DNA from: an uncultured Verrucomicrobiae bacterium
GTDB taxonomy: Bacteria > Verrucomicrobiota > Verrucomicrobiia > Chthoniobacterales > JAATET01
Direction: 5' to 3'
Length of the DNA stretch: 64,000 nt
NCBI GenBank assembly: GCA_963719495.1
Contig: CAVRCI010000005.1
Span: forward strand, 96,001-160,000
Shown here piece by piece: positions 29,634 through 39,599 of this stretch. Numbering within the stretch: position 1 is the first letter of the stretch; each line of letters opens with the position of its first letter. Below the pieces are notes generated by a model. That model worked only from the letters and a program-made list of their open reading frames with translations. It did not search any database and had not been told where the DNA came from. The position numbers were made by a program, and so were the translations under genes.

Positions 29634-29640
29634 GTGAAAT

Positions 29641-29702
29641 TTCAAGGAGCGGCGATTTGTAATTGGCTTCGCCTGTCTCCGCTTCGCTCCGGCTGCCGAC
29701 CC
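29641..29702. repeat. REP-like family TTCAAGGAGCGGCGATTTGCAAT
   Basis: Copies at 29641, 32007, 32093, 44206 and 62869. Confidence 0.8.
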
Positions 29703-29771
29703 AACCCAAAGGCGAAGCCTCACCTCCCTCATCCTAATCCTGAAAATCCCGTCAATCCTGTCCAAACCCGT

Positions 29772-30506
29772 ATGCGCGCCATCACAATCCTCTGCGCCTT
29801 CTGCGCCTTTTTGCGGCCAGCCCTCACCGCCCCCCTCCCCTCCGACTGCCTCCAGCTCATCGTCGGCGTCACCGACACGTGGGACAGTTCCACCGGCACG
29901 CTCCAGCTCTACCAGCGCACGTCGCCCACTTCCGAGTGGACCGCCGTCTCCTCCCCCCGCCGCATCCTCCTCGGAAAAAACGGACTCGCCTGGGGCCGCG
30001 GGGTCGCCGGCCAGGACCAGCCCGGCCTCCGCAAGAAAGAAGGAGACAAACGCGCCCCCGCCGGCCTCTTCGCCGTCGGCACGATCTACACCTTCGACGA
30101 CGCCCTCCCCGCCGGGACCAATTACCCGTTTCACACCATCACCACCGCCGACGCCTGGATCGACGACGTCACCAACCCGCTCTACAACCAACACGTCACC
30201 GTCGACCCCGCCAACCCGCCCGCTTGGTTCGCCAAGCAAGCGATGAAGCACAACGATCCCCCTCACCGCTGGCTCGTCGAGATCCGCCACAACGCCGACC
30301 CACCCGTCCCCGGCGCCGGTTCCGCCATTTTCTTCCACCTCCAGCGAGGCCCCGACCGTAAGACCGCCGGCTGCACCACGATGGCCGAAGACACCCTCGT
30401 TCCCCTCATGCGCTGGCTCCAAGCCGACGCCAACCCCCACTACGTTCTCCTACCGCGCAAAGAATACTCGACCCTCGCGCCAACCTGGAATCTCCCGAAT
30501 CGGTAA
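29772..30506 (+). CDS. L,D-transpeptidase-family (YkuD-like) secreted protein
   Basis: KKEGDKRAPAG.F, GSAIFFH...TAGC catalytic motif. Confidence 0.85.
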   Translation: MRAITILCAFCAFLRPALTAPLPSDCLQLIVGVTDTWDSSTGTLQLYQRTSPTSEWTAVSSPRRILLGKNGLAWGRGVAGQDQPGLRKKEGDKRAPAGLFAVGTIYTFDDALPAGTNYPFHTITTADAWIDDVTNPLYNQHVTVDPANPPAWFAKQAMKHNDPPHRWLVEIRHNADPPVPGAGSAIFFHLQRGPDRKTAGCTTMAEDTLVPLMRWLQADANPHYVLLPRKEYSTLAPTWNLPNR

Positions 30507-30516
30507 TTCCACCATC

Positions 30517-30657
30517 GACTCGCGCTCTCCCGAGCGTCTCGCCCTTCGGGCACCATCGCAGAGCGGATGGTGTCTGCCCCGCGCGTTGACTCGCTCGCTC
30601 CCGCTCGTCTCGCCCTTCGGGCTGCATCGCAAAGCCGATGCAGTCTGCCCCGAGCCT
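30517..30657. repeat. Two ~71-bp tandem structured repeats
   Basis: Units start at 30517 and 30588; both contain GCCCTTCGGGC plus a second hairpin. Confidence 0.75.
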
Positions 30658-30677
30658 TCCCAGGCTCCGGTGCTCAC

Positions 30678-30719
30678 CATTCACTATTCACTATTCACTT
30701 TTCACTTTTCACCATTCAC
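30678..30719. repeat. Heptamer tandem repeat (nnTTCAC)x6
   Basis: CATTCAC TATTCAC TATTCAC TTTTCAC TTTTCAC CATTCAC. Confidence 0.8.
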
Positions 30720-30787
30720 GCCCCCACCCCTTCCCCCCACCCCGCAATTCCAGTTGCAACCCCATCCGCCACTGTTAGTTTTCTAGC

Positions 30788-31021
30788 ATGAATTCTCTCC
30801 TCGCTCTCGGTATGCCCGGATTCCCGGAATGGACAATGATCGCCGTCATTGTCCTCGTTCTCTTTGGAGCGAAGCGTCTCCCCGAACTCGCCCGCGGCAT
30901 CGGCCAGAGCCTCAACGAATTCCGCAAGGCCAAGGACGAGTTCGACAACGAGATCAAGAAGACCGCCGCCGAACTCGAGATCAAGGAGCAGCCGGGCAAA
31001 CAGCCGCACAAAACGGCCTAG
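30788..31021 (+). CDS. tatA: Twin-arginine translocase TatA/TatE subunit
   Basis: LVLFGAKRLPELARGIGQSLNEFRKA. Confidence 0.93.
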   Translation: MNSLLALGMPGFPEWTMIAVIVLVLFGAKRLPELARGIGQSLNEFRKAKDEFDNEIKKTAAELEIKEQPGKQPHKTA

Positions 31022-31064
31022 TCCGCTCGCTCCCACACCCCGCCCTCTCCCCGGTTCGCGCCTA

Positions 31065-31985
31065 ATGTTCTCACGCCGTCTCTCTGGCGCAGTCGTCGCC
31101 ATTGCGATGACGGTTGCCCTCGCCAACTGTCAGGAATCCCCCGCGACATCCTCGGTCGAGTCGACCGAGCCGATTGTCGTCGCCGCCTACAACGTCGAGA
31201 ACTGGCTCACGATGCAGCGAGGCTCCCAGCCTGCCACCAAGCCAGACGACGAGAAAGCCGCCACGGTCGAAGTCATCGCCGCCGTCGCGCCCGACATCCT
31301 CGGCGTGATCGAAATGGGATCGGAGGAAGAATTCGCCGACCTCCAAGCCCGCCTCAAAGCGAAGGGTCTCGAATACGCCGACTCCGAATACGTTCAGGCC
31401 GCCGACCCCGACCGCCACGTCACCCTCCTCAGCAAATTCCCGATCGTCGAGCGCCGCTCGAAAACGGACGTCACCTTCGACATGGGCGGAATCGCCCGTC
31501 CGATGTCCCGCGGCATCCTCGACGTCACGATCCAGATCAACCCCCAATATCAACTCCGCGTCCTCGGCGTTCACTTCAAATCCAAGCGCGACGTCCCGGA
31601 ATACGACCAAGCCGCCATGAGAGCCCGCGAAGCACTCTACCTGAAGAACTATTCGAACCGCATCATCGAGAAGAACCCCGACGTCAATCTCCTCCTCCTC
31701 GGCGACTTCAACGACACCCGCAACGAATACCCCATCCGCGAGCTCCTCGGAGGCTCCGGCGAGAAATCCCTCACCGCCCTCGCGCTCGCCGACGAGAACG
31801 GCGACGTCTGGACGCACTTCTGGGGCTACGCCGACATCTACTCCCGCATCGATTACCTCATGGTCAACAAAGGCCTCCTCCCCGAGATCGTCGCCGAAAA
31901 GAGCGGCATCGACCGCACCCCAGGCTTCGCCACCGGCAGCGACCACCGAGCGATCCACACCGCCATCATCCCGGAAAACAAATGA
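31065..31985 (+). CDS. Endonuclease/exonuclease/phosphatase-family secreted protein
   Basis: YNVEN, HFKSK, GDFND, RIDY, SDHR. Confidence 0.88.
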   Translation: MFSRRLSGAVVAIAMTVALANCQESPATSSVESTEPIVVAAYNVENWLTMQRGSQPATKPDDEKAATVEVIAAVAPDILGVIEMGSEEEFADLQARLKAKGLEYADSEYVQAADPDRHVTLLSKFPIVERRSKTDVTFDMGGIARPMSRGILDVTIQINPQYQLRVLGVHFKSKRDVPEYDQAAMRAREALYLKNYSNRIIEKNPDVNLLLLGDFNDTRNEYPIRELLGGSGEKSLTALALADENGDVWTHFWGYADIYSRIDYLMVNKGLLPEIVAEKSGIDRTPGFATGSDHRAIHTAIIPENK

Positions 31986-33220
31986 CCCCAAAAGGGTCCC
32001 GAATCATTCAAGGAGCGGCGGGTTGCCTTCGGCGGTCTCCGCTTCCCTCCGGCTCCAGCCGCCGAAGTCCGGCAAAGCGAAGCGAGCCAAAGTTCAAGGA
32101 GCGGCGATTTGCAATTGGCTGCGCCTGTCTCCGCTTCGCTCCGGCTGCCGAACCAACTAGTCGGCGAAGCCGCAAACTCCTCGCCACCCTCACCCTCATC
32201 TGTGCCCTCTGCGCCTTTTCGCGGCCAACTCAAGCCGGCCCCACCGAAGACTGGGCCGTCATCACCGAACTCGACCAAGGTCCACAAACCACCCCCAGCA
32301 GCCGCGACGAAGCCGTCCGCGTCGCCCGCACCCACTTCACCAAACACCGCGCCGCCCTGCGCGCTTTCATCAGCCGCTACCCCGACGACCCCCGCACCTT
32401 CGACGCCCAACTCCGCCTCACCAGCATCGACGCCGCCGAAGGCAATCTCGACAACAAGCCCACCCTCGTCACCGAAGCCCTCCGCGAACTCATGCGGTTG
32501 GAGAAAACCCCGGGCATCCCGCGCGAAAAACTCGCCGACGTCACCTTCCGCCGCATCTCCCTCCAGATGCAAACCATCGAAGGGCGCGACCAGGACATTC
32601 GCGAAGCCATCGTCACCGCCGCCACCAACTTCGCCGCCCGCTTCCCCGACGACGTCCGCTCGCCCCGACTCCTCGTCGAAGCCGCCACGCTCTGCGACGA
32701 AGTCCCCGATACCATGCGCGACCTCCTCACCCGCGCCAAAAGCCTCTCCCGCGAGCCCGCCCTCGATGACCGCATCGCCGACGACTTCCGCCGAATGAAC
32801 GCCCTCGGCCGACCCGTCACCGCCAGATTCGAGACCCTCGGCGGCCGCACCATCGACCTCGAGCGCCTTCGCGGCCAGGTCGTCGTCCTCATTTTCTGGG
32901 CGGCCGAGTCCCCTCCCGCGGGCCTCTGGATGCAGGACTTCGTCAAAGACATCCGCCAAATCCCCAAGGACGATCTTCAGATCATCACCGTCAGCCTCGA
33001 CGAGGAACGCGCCAACCTCGACGCCGCCCGCGAAGCCCTCGGCATCACGTGGCCGACCTACTTCGACGGCAAAGGCTGGGAAAACGCCGTCGCCCGCCCG
33101 CTCGGGATCAACGCCCTCCCCACCGTCTGGATCCTCGACAAAAAAGGCACCCTTCGAGTCCTAAACGCCCGCAAATCCTACCCCCAATGGATCCGCAAAC
33201 TCCAGCTCGAGCGAAGCTGA
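31982..33220 (+). CDS. TlpA-like redoxin-fold protein lacking CxxC; N-terminus is repeat-derived and the start is uncertain
   Basis: RGQVVVLIFWA, VSLD, WPTYFDGKGW, GINALPTVWILDKKG. Confidence 0.75.
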   Translation: MTPKGSRIIQGAAGCLRRSPLPSGSSRRSPAKRSEPKFKERRFAIGCACLRFAPAAEPTSRRSRKLLATLTLICALCAFSRPTQAGPTEDWAVITELDQGPQTTPSSRDEAVRVARTHFTKHRAALRAFISRYPDDPRTFDAQLRLTSIDAAEGNLDNKPTLVTEALRELMRLEKTPGIPREKLADVTFRRISLQMQTIEGRDQDIREAIVTAATNFAARFPDDVRSPRLLVEAATLCDEVPDTMRDLLTRAKSLSREPALDDRIADDFRRMNALGRPVTARFETLGGRTIDLERLRGQVVVLIFWAAESPPAGLWMQDFVKDIRQIPKDDLQIITVSLDEERANLDAAREALGITWPTYFDGKGWENAVARPLGINALPTVWILDKKGTLRVLNARKSYPQWIRKLQLERS

Positions 33221-33324
33221 GGAATTGGGGAACGCACGCCTCCCGGCGTGCGAGATGTACCGTCCCGGTGCATCGCCCGGCAATTTCCGCCCAAGCGGAA
33301 AAGCCGCAACCGACCCGGTGGAGG

Positions 33325-33756
33325 TCAATCCAGCCCGGATTCGAAACACCCGAACAAAGCGAAGTCAGACCAATTCAAAGTCAAGACACGTCGCACCCCG
33401 GCCCCTAGCCAAGTCGCCGCCAATCGCGTGCCCAGCAGCCGCTTTCGCCCAAGTCGGTGTTGCTTCAGCCACCGCAGCATCTTTTCCACGTCGTCCGGCT
33501 GGGAAGCGATGAGCTGAACGCCCTCTCCCGCGCACCAATCATCGATCGCCCGCAAAGCCTGGCCCATTTGCATCGGAACCTCGAAACGCCGGGGATCGGT
33601 CACAACGTGTAAAAATTCCGGCACTACCTGAGCCGCCAACAGCACCTCCCCTTCCGACCGAAGAACTTCGGCGAAATTTTCCCGCACGCGAGCGTGATCG
33701 GGATGCCGCCGCATCTCGAAGGCAACCAGATACGATGTATCAAGTCCGTGTCTCAT
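33325..33756 (-). CDS. PIN-domain toxin
   Basis: GLDTSYLVA, QVVPEFLHVVTDPRRF, LTLNWSDF. Confidence 0.82.
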   Translation of the reverse strand: MRHGLDTSYLVAFEMRRHPDHARVRENFAEVLRSEGEVLLAAQVVPEFLHVVTDPRRFEVPMQMGQALRAIDDWCAGEGVQLIASQPDDVEKMLRWLKQHRLGRKRLLGTRLAATWLGAGVRRVLTLNWSDFALFGCFESGLD

Positions 33757-33994
33757 CCCGCGCTTCCAACATCTCCCCCAGCAAGTCGCCATCACCGTCA
33801 TTCGCCACGGCGAAGACCTCGCCGCAATCCCAGCCCGGGCGATCCAGTAATTGAACCCGCCGCTGAATTCGACTCTGCCAAAACTGCTCCATCGCTTCCC
33901 GGATCACCTCCGCGGTCGACCGATCTCTCTCCCGTGAGTAACGCCGAAAATCCTCATAAACCGGCTCCGATACATTAACCGATATTGTTTTCAT
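33740..33994 (-). CDS. Ribbon-helix-helix (CopG-like) antitoxin
   Basis: MKTISVNVSEPVYEDF...RSTAEVIREAM; overlaps the PIN gene. Confidence 0.8.
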   Translation of the reverse strand: MKTISVNVSEPVYEDFRRYSRERDRSTAEVIREAMEQFWQSRIQRRVQLLDRPGWDCGEVFAVANDGDGDLLGEMLEARDETRT

Positions 33995-34008
33995 ATACTT
34001 ACGTATAT
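33993..34008. promoter_or_regulatory. Palindromic putative autoregulatory operator at the antitoxin start
   Basis: ATATAC-TTAC-GTATAT perfect 6-4-6 palindrome in an AT-rich patch. Confidence 0.5.
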
Positions 34009-34056
34009 TGATCCCCTGATGCAGGTCGTCAAGCGAATCCCCGACCCAACGCCCCT

Positions 34057-36459
34057 CTACTCCGGCGACGATCCCCAGAATCGCTCGAACGCCCTTGCCC
34101 AGTCCCGCGACTCGACCGCCGCACGGGCGGCTTTCCCCATCCGCGCCCGCAGTTCCGCGTCGGCCGCCAATTCCTGGACGCGGCCCGCGATCCCCTCGGC
34201 ATCGAGCGCACGCGTCACGAAGCCATCGGTCCCGTCGTTCACCAAATCCCTCGGTCCTCCCACGTCGCTCACCACCGTCGGCAAACCGCTCGCCTGCGCC
34301 TCGAGAATGACGTTGCCGAAAGTGTCGGTCGTGCTCGGAAACACGAAGAAATCCGCCGAGGCGTAGGCCGCCGCCAGATCCTCCCCTCCCAGAACCCCCG
34401 TAAAAATCGCGTCCGGCAGCAGCCGCTCCACCTCCGCCCGATACGGCCCGTCGCCCACGAAAACCGGGCGCACGTTCACTCCCGCCGCCGCCAATCGACG
34501 CGCGACCGCCACGGTGACGTCCAAGTTTTTTTCCTTCGAAACCCGTCCGACGTAAAGCATCGCCAGTTCACCATCGCGCAGCCCACGCGATTTCCAAAAT
34601 TCCCCGTCCCGCCGCGTGGGGTGAAACAACTCGATGTCCAACCCGCGCGGGAGAATCTTGATCCGTTCCTTGGGAATCCCCCGCTCGATCCACTCCTTGC
34701 GGTAGTCTTCGGAGTTCACCCAGACGACGTCGAGCTGGCTGTAGAACCAGTGCATGAAGTTCCACGTCAGCGTCTCCATGAACGAATCATCCGTGAGAAT
34801 CCGCACGTATTGCGGAAAATCCGTGTGGTAAATCCCCGCCGTCCGCACGCCCAGCACCTTCGCCGCCGCGAGCGCCGCCAGCCCGACCGGCCCCGGCGTG
34901 CTGATGATGACCTCGCCCACGTTCTCGCTTGCCATCCATTCGGCCATTTCCAGCACCGGCGGGAAGCTCAACCGCTGCAATTCATATTCCGGCAACTCGA
35001 ACTCCCCGACCGGCGGGAAATTCTTGAGCGGAATCCCCATATCCCCGATCTCCGCGCTCGACACGACGACCGTGAGGTCACGCCCCGCCGCCACGCCCGC
35101 CGACGTCATCCGTTTGATCGTCGTCGCCACGCCGTTCACGTCCCCCAGCGTGTCGGTGAACCACGCGCGCTTCTGATTCGTCAACGCCGCCGGCACCTCG
35201 CCGCAAAGCCCCCGGCTCATCGACGCCAGCCACTCGCGCTTCGGCATCCGGAACGCGTGAATGTAGGGACTCAGCAGCGCGATGATCGGCACCAGCGGAC
35301 TGATCGTCTGAATGCTCTCGATGATCTTTCCCGAAGTGATCTGGCCGATGAACTGATTGAAAAACCGAAAGCCGAGCTGGTTCGCGATCAGGTTCGCCAT
35401 CAGGAACGCCCGCCGCTCCGACTCCTCCACGCCAGCCGTCGCCTCCGCCAGCGCGGCTTTCACCTTCGGCTCGGAAAAATACGTCGCCAGCTCCTTCCAC
35501 AGCGACGTGTTTCCAGGCTTCGCCATTTCGAAGATCTTTCCGCTCACCACGCCCTGCGCGAGGAAGTTCAACTTCTCGCCGAACGTAAACTCCGTGGGAT
35601 CCCGCCCTTCCATGAACCGCGCAAACATTTTCTCGATCAACCCCACGCCGGGCTCGTGCGCCTTCGACGAAAGCCGTTCCTTCGCGAACGCAAACGCCAC
35701 GTTGTAGGTCCCGTGCGCCATTCCCAACGCGCTCCCCGCCCGACCCGCCGCCCGGCAATCCCCCCGCCGCACGTTTTCCAGAAATTCCCCCACCGCCGCG
35801 CAATCCGCCGTCTCCGTCCAGGCCCGCCCCGGAAAGACCCCGCCGTGATCGTCGCTCCCGCCGACGAACACCTTCCGCTCCGCCTCCTCGTGCGTCGGCA
35901 CGATCCCCGTCGCCGCGGCAAACCGCTCGATGTCCCGCGCCGTCAGCCGCCCCAGCGCAAACGTCGTCGTCTCGCTCAGAATCGACGCATACCGCCCGTT
36001 CACCCCCTCGAAGTGCCGAAACAACAACGCCAGCTTCTGCAAATGCACCGGCTTCAGATCCTCCCGCACCGCGTGCAGCGGGTGCGCCACCGCGTGCGCG
36101 ATCCCCGCCGCCGTCACGTATTTCTGCAGATCGTAAATGTTCTCCCGCAGCCCCCGCAGATCCCGGTGCTGCGCCTCGCTGATCCCATACACCAGCACGT
36201 TCACCCGGCAACCGTCCTCGGGAAACGTCGCCGTCACCTCCTCGCTGATGAACGTCCCCGGCAACCCGCCGATCTCCAGACACCCCGCGATCGTGTTCTG
36301 ATCCGTCAACGTCACGAAGGCCATCCCCTTCGCCCGCAAGGAATCGTAGACCGCCCGTGGGTCCGTGAAGCTGGCCGGGAAGTCCAGCCGCCGCAGCACC
36401 CAGTCCGCCGCCCGGTCGCTGTGTTTCGAGTAAATGTGGAGGTCGGATCGCGCGCTCAT
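34057..36459 (-). CDS. PHP domain + GT4 glycosyltransferase fusion
   Basis: DLHIYSKHS...AHP...GGSDDH (PHP); YHTDFP, YVGRVSKEKN, DTFGNVILEAQASGLP. Confidence 0.9.
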   Translation of the reverse strand: MSARSDLHIYSKHSDRAADWVLRRLDFPASFTDPRAVYDSLRAKGMAFVTLTDQNTIAGCLEIGGLPGTFISEEVTATFPEDGCRVNVLVYGISEAQHRDLRGLRENIYDLQKYVTAAGIAHAVAHPLHAVREDLKPVHLQKLALLFRHFEGVNGRYASILSETTTFALGRLTARDIERFAAATGIVPTHEEAERKVFVGGSDDHGGVFPGRAWTETADCAAVGEFLENVRRGDCRAAGRAGSALGMAHGTYNVAFAFAKERLSSKAHEPGVGLIEKMFARFMEGRDPTEFTFGEKLNFLAQGVVSGKIFEMAKPGNTSLWKELATYFSEPKVKAALAEATAGVEESERRAFLMANLIANQLGFRFFNQFIGQITSGKIIESIQTISPLVPIIALLSPYIHAFRMPKREWLASMSRGLCGEVPAALTNQKRAWFTDTLGDVNGVATTIKRMTSAGVAAGRDLTVVVSSAEIGDMGIPLKNFPPVGEFELPEYELQRLSFPPVLEMAEWMASENVGEVIISTPGPVGLAALAAAKVLGVRTAGIYHTDFPQYVRILTDDSFMETLTWNFMHWFYSQLDVVWVNSEDYRKEWIERGIPKERIKILPRGLDIELFHPTRRDGEFWKSRGLRDGELAMLYVGRVSKEKNLDVTVAVARRLAAAGVNVRPVFVGDGPYRAEVERLLPDAIFTGVLGGEDLAAAYASADFFVFPSTTDTFGNVILEAQASGLPTVVSDVGGPRDLVNDGTDGFVTRALDAEGIAGRVQELAADAELRARMGKAARAAVESRDWARAFERFWGSSPE

Positions 36460-37382
36460 TTCGTCGAATCGACCGCCGCTCGGTCGAGCCAGTCGTCATA
36501 GGTGATCGCCGGACGCGTCGCAAGCGCGCGCTCGACGCAGCGAAAAATGTGCCGCCGAATCCCGGGAAAATCCCAATCCGGCGGGTGCAATCCCACCCGC
36601 ACCAGCGGCGAGTCGCCCAACCCCCGCAGCAGCGCCTCGTTCCAAGCCAGACTGCAAACCCGCCGCCACCGCGCCCGCACGCTCCAGACCAGACTCCGCG
36701 ACCGATCCACCCGGCCACTCACGAGATCCTCCACCGTTCCAATCCGCGTCGTGTAACGAAACCCCGCCCGCCGCACCGCCCGCTCAGCCTCCACCCCCAG
36801 CAACCAAGCCGGCGCGACGAACCCACTCGGCCGCATCCCCATCGCCGCAAACTCCGCCAGGCCCCGCTCGAGCAACTCCATCGCGACATCCTCCGCCAAA
36901 TCAAAAAATTCCCCCTCCCCCGCCGTATAACGCTCCGTCGTCAGTCGCTTCGCAAAAGAATCCCCCGCCCGGCGCGCCCGGCGGTGAAAATACCCGTGAG
37001 CCACCACTTCGTGCCCCTCCGCCACGCGAGCCCGCAGCCAATCCCCAAACGCCGCATCCTCCGAAATCCGCCCCCGCCCATGATGATCCGGAATCACCAA
37101 CAAAGAAGTCCGCCCCACCCCCAGCCCCCGAAGATCCGCGAGCATCCCATCCACCCGCGGCCAAGTCACCGTCGACACATCGTGCACCGACACAACCAGA
37201 CCCCGGGGACCGCGACCAGGAAGGGGACCGCGACCTTCCAGGTCGCTGTCCTGAGCTTCCAGCTCAGGACCCGTCCCAATCCGCGGCGAAGCCGCCACTC
37301 CCTCCGCCACTCCACCGTCCCGAGCCGGCCCGACATTCGACTTTCCGACCTTCTGACCTTCCGCCTCGCCCACCCCCCACAT
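36456..37382 (-). CDS. Polysaccharide deacetylase, DUF2334-like (start uncertain; N-terminus contains repeat DNA)
   Basis: VSVHDV, AHGYFH, EGEF, GFVAPAW, GLHPPD; coupled to the GT gene. Confidence 0.8.
   Translation of the reverse strand: MWGVGEAEGQKVGKSNVGPARDGGVAEGVAASPRIGTGPELEAQDSDLEGRGPLPGRGPRGLVVSVHDVSTVTWPRVDGMLADLRGLGVGRTSLLVIPDHHGRGRISEDAAFGDWLRARVAEGHEVVAHGYFHRRARRAGDSFAKRLTTERYTAGEGEFFDLAEDVAMELLERGLAEFAAMGMRPSGFVAPAWLLGVEAERAVRRAGFRYTTRIGTVEDLVSGRVDRSRSLVWSVRARWRRVCSLAWNEALLRGLGDSPLVRVGLHPPDWDFPGIRRHIFRCVERALATRPAITYDDWLDRAAVDSTK
37225..37271. repeat. REP-like double hairpin GCGACCTTCCAGGTCGC...GAGCTTCCAGCTC
   Basis: Second copy at 39515-39563. Confidence 0.75.
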
Positions 37383-37444
37383 CGTTTGCAATCCCACCGC
37401 CCGCATGTTACCGAAAAGGGCTACCCAAATCCAAGAAAACCAAA

Positions 37445-39493
37445 ATGTCCGACATCGATCCACGCGCCCCGAAAGAAAAGGGACAGCGACCCAACGGGAA
37501 CGACCCGCAATTCAACTGGCGCGGCCTCGTTCTCATGGCCGTCGCCTTCGGTCTCATCGGCGGCGCGTTCCTCTTCCGCGGCGGCGCGATGTTGCAGACG
37601 GACACCCTCACCTACCCGCAATTCCAAGCCCTCATGGAGGATGAGAAGATCGTCGCGACCGAGGACAAACCCCTTAACTTCGTCAGCGAACAGGGCTCGA
37701 AAAGCGAATACCTCACCGGGTTCTACGACAAAAAACTCACCGACGGCAACGAAGTCGACACCCCGTTCCGCGTCGACGTCTCCTTCACCCTCGTCGGCGA
37801 AGCTCTCCAGAAGCAGTTCAAGGAAGCCAACCTCCCGTTCTCCTTCGTCTACGAGTCGAACCTCTGGTCGAGCGCGATCATCAGCCTTCTCCCGATCGCC
37901 CTCTTTCTCCTCATCCTCTACTTCTTCTTCCGCTCCCAGATCAAAATGGCCGGCAAGGGCGCGATGAGTTTCGGCAAGTCCAAGGCCAAAATGATGGCCC
38001 GCGATAAGAACAAGATCACCTTCAAGGACGTCGCCGGCGTCGAGGAAGCCAAGGACGAGGTCTCCGAACTCGTCGAATTCCTCAAGGATCCGAAAAAATT
38101 CCAGAAACTCGGCGGCCGCATCCCCAAGGGCGTCCTCATGGTCGGCCCTCCCGGAACCGGCAAGACCCTCATCGCCCGCGCCATCGCGGGCGAGGCCGAC
38201 GTCCCGTTCTTCTCGATCTCCGGCTCCGATTTCGTCGAAATGTTCGTCGGCGTCGGCGCGTCCCGCGTCCGTGACATGTTCGAACAGGGCAAAAAATCCG
38301 CCCCCTGCCTCATCTTCATCGACGAAATCGACGCCGTCGGGCGCCACCGCGGCCACGGCATGGGCGGCGGCCACGACGAGCGCGAGCAGACCCTCAACCA
38401 GCTCCTCGTCGAGATGGACGGCTTCGACACCCAGGACGGAGTCATCATCATCGCCGCCACCAACCGCGCCGACGTCCTCGACCCCGCCCTCCTGCGGCCC
38501 GGCCGCTTCGACCGCCAGGTCGACGTCGGCCTCCCCGACGTCAAGGGCCGCGAAGAAATCCTCCGCGTCCATTCCAAGAAGGTGAAACTCGCCGAAGGCA
38601 TCAACATGGCCGTCATCGCGAAAGGCACCCCGGGCTACTCCGGCGCCGAGCTCGCCAACGTCATCAACGAAGCCGCCCTCCTCGCCGCCCGCTCCGGCAT
38701 GAAGGCCATCACCCAACACGAACTCGAGGAAGCCCGAGACAAGGTCCGTTGGGGCAAGGAAAAGCGCAGCATGGCCATGAGCCCGCGCGAAAAGGAGACG
38801 ACCGCCTTCCACGAAGCCGGCCACGCGATGCTCAATCTCCTCTGCGAGCACAGCGACCCGCTCCACAAGGTCTCCATCATCCCCCGCGGCCCGGCCCTCG
38901 GCGTCACGATGTATCTCCCCGAAGGCGATCGCTACACGAACCACCGGCTCGAACTCAAAGACCGCCTCGTCATGATCATGGGCGGCCGCGTCGCCGAGGA
39001 ACTCGCCTTCGGCGACGTCACCAACGGAGCCTCCGGCGACATCCGCCAAGCCACGTCCCTCGTCCGCAGCATGGTCTGTCACTGGGGCATGAGCGACAAA
39101 CTCGGCATGATCGAATACGGCGAGCAGCAGGGTCAGGTTTTCCTCGCCCGCGACATGTCCAGCAAGAGCCGCGACTACAGCGAAGAGACCGCCCGCGAGA
39201 TCGACGCCGAGGTAAAAAGCATCATCGACGAAGCCTACCAGCGCGCCTTCGCGATGCTCTCCGAGCACCGCGACAAGCTCGACCTCATCGCCAACGCCCT
39301 CCTCGAATACGAGACCCTCAGCGGCGACCAGATCAAGGAACTCATGGACACCGGCGAAATGAAAAACCCGCCCATCATGGAAGTAAAACCCCCACCACTC
39401 CCACCACCGCCAACGGCCACTCCAGCCCCCGAGCCAAAGGGCAAAAGAAAGGACGACCTCCCCCCCGGAGGCCTCGCCCCCGCCCCAGCGTAA
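37445..39493 (+). CDS. ftsH: ATP-dependent zinc metalloprotease FtsH
   Basis: Two TMs, [31 protein letters not shown]. Confidence 0.97.
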   Translation: MSDIDPRAPKEKGQRPNGNDPQFNWRGLVLMAVAFGLIGGAFLFRGGAMLQTDTLTYPQFQALMEDEKIVATEDKPLNFVSEQGSKSEYLTGFYDKKLTDGNEVDTPFRVDVSFTLVGEALQKQFKEANLPFSFVYESNLWSSAIISLLPIALFLLILYFFFRSQIKMAGKGAMSFGKSKAKMMARDKNKITFKDVAGVEEAKDEVSELVEFLKDPKKFQKLGGRIPKGVLMVGPPGTGKTLIARAIAGEADVPFFSISGSDFVEMFVGVGASRVRDMFEQGKKSAPCLIFIDEIDAVGRHRGHGMGGGHDEREQTLNQLLVEMDGFDTQDGVIIIAATNRADVLDPALLRPGRFDRQVDVGLPDVKGREEILRVHSKKVKLAEGINMAVIAKGTPGYSGAELANVINEAALLAARSGMKAITQHELEEARDKVRWGKEKRSMAMSPREKETTAFHEAGHAMLNLLCEHSDPLHKVSIIPRGPALGVTMYLPEGDRYTNHRLELKDRLVMIMGGRVAEELAFGDVTNGASGDIRQATSLVRSMVCHWGMSDKLGMIEYGEQQGQVFLARDMSSKSRDYSEETAREIDAEVKSIIDEAYQRAFAMLSEHRDKLDLIANALLEYETLSGDQIKELMDTGEMKNPPIMEVKPPPLPPPPTATPAPEPKGKRKDDLPPGGLAPAPA

Positions 39494-39599
39494 GACAGGC
39501 AGCGCAGCTGCCCCGGGGAGCGCGACCTTCCAGGTCGCAGTTCCGAGCTTCCAGCTCGGAACCTCGTAACCAACGGCAAAGCCGCACTTCCCCCGCCAG

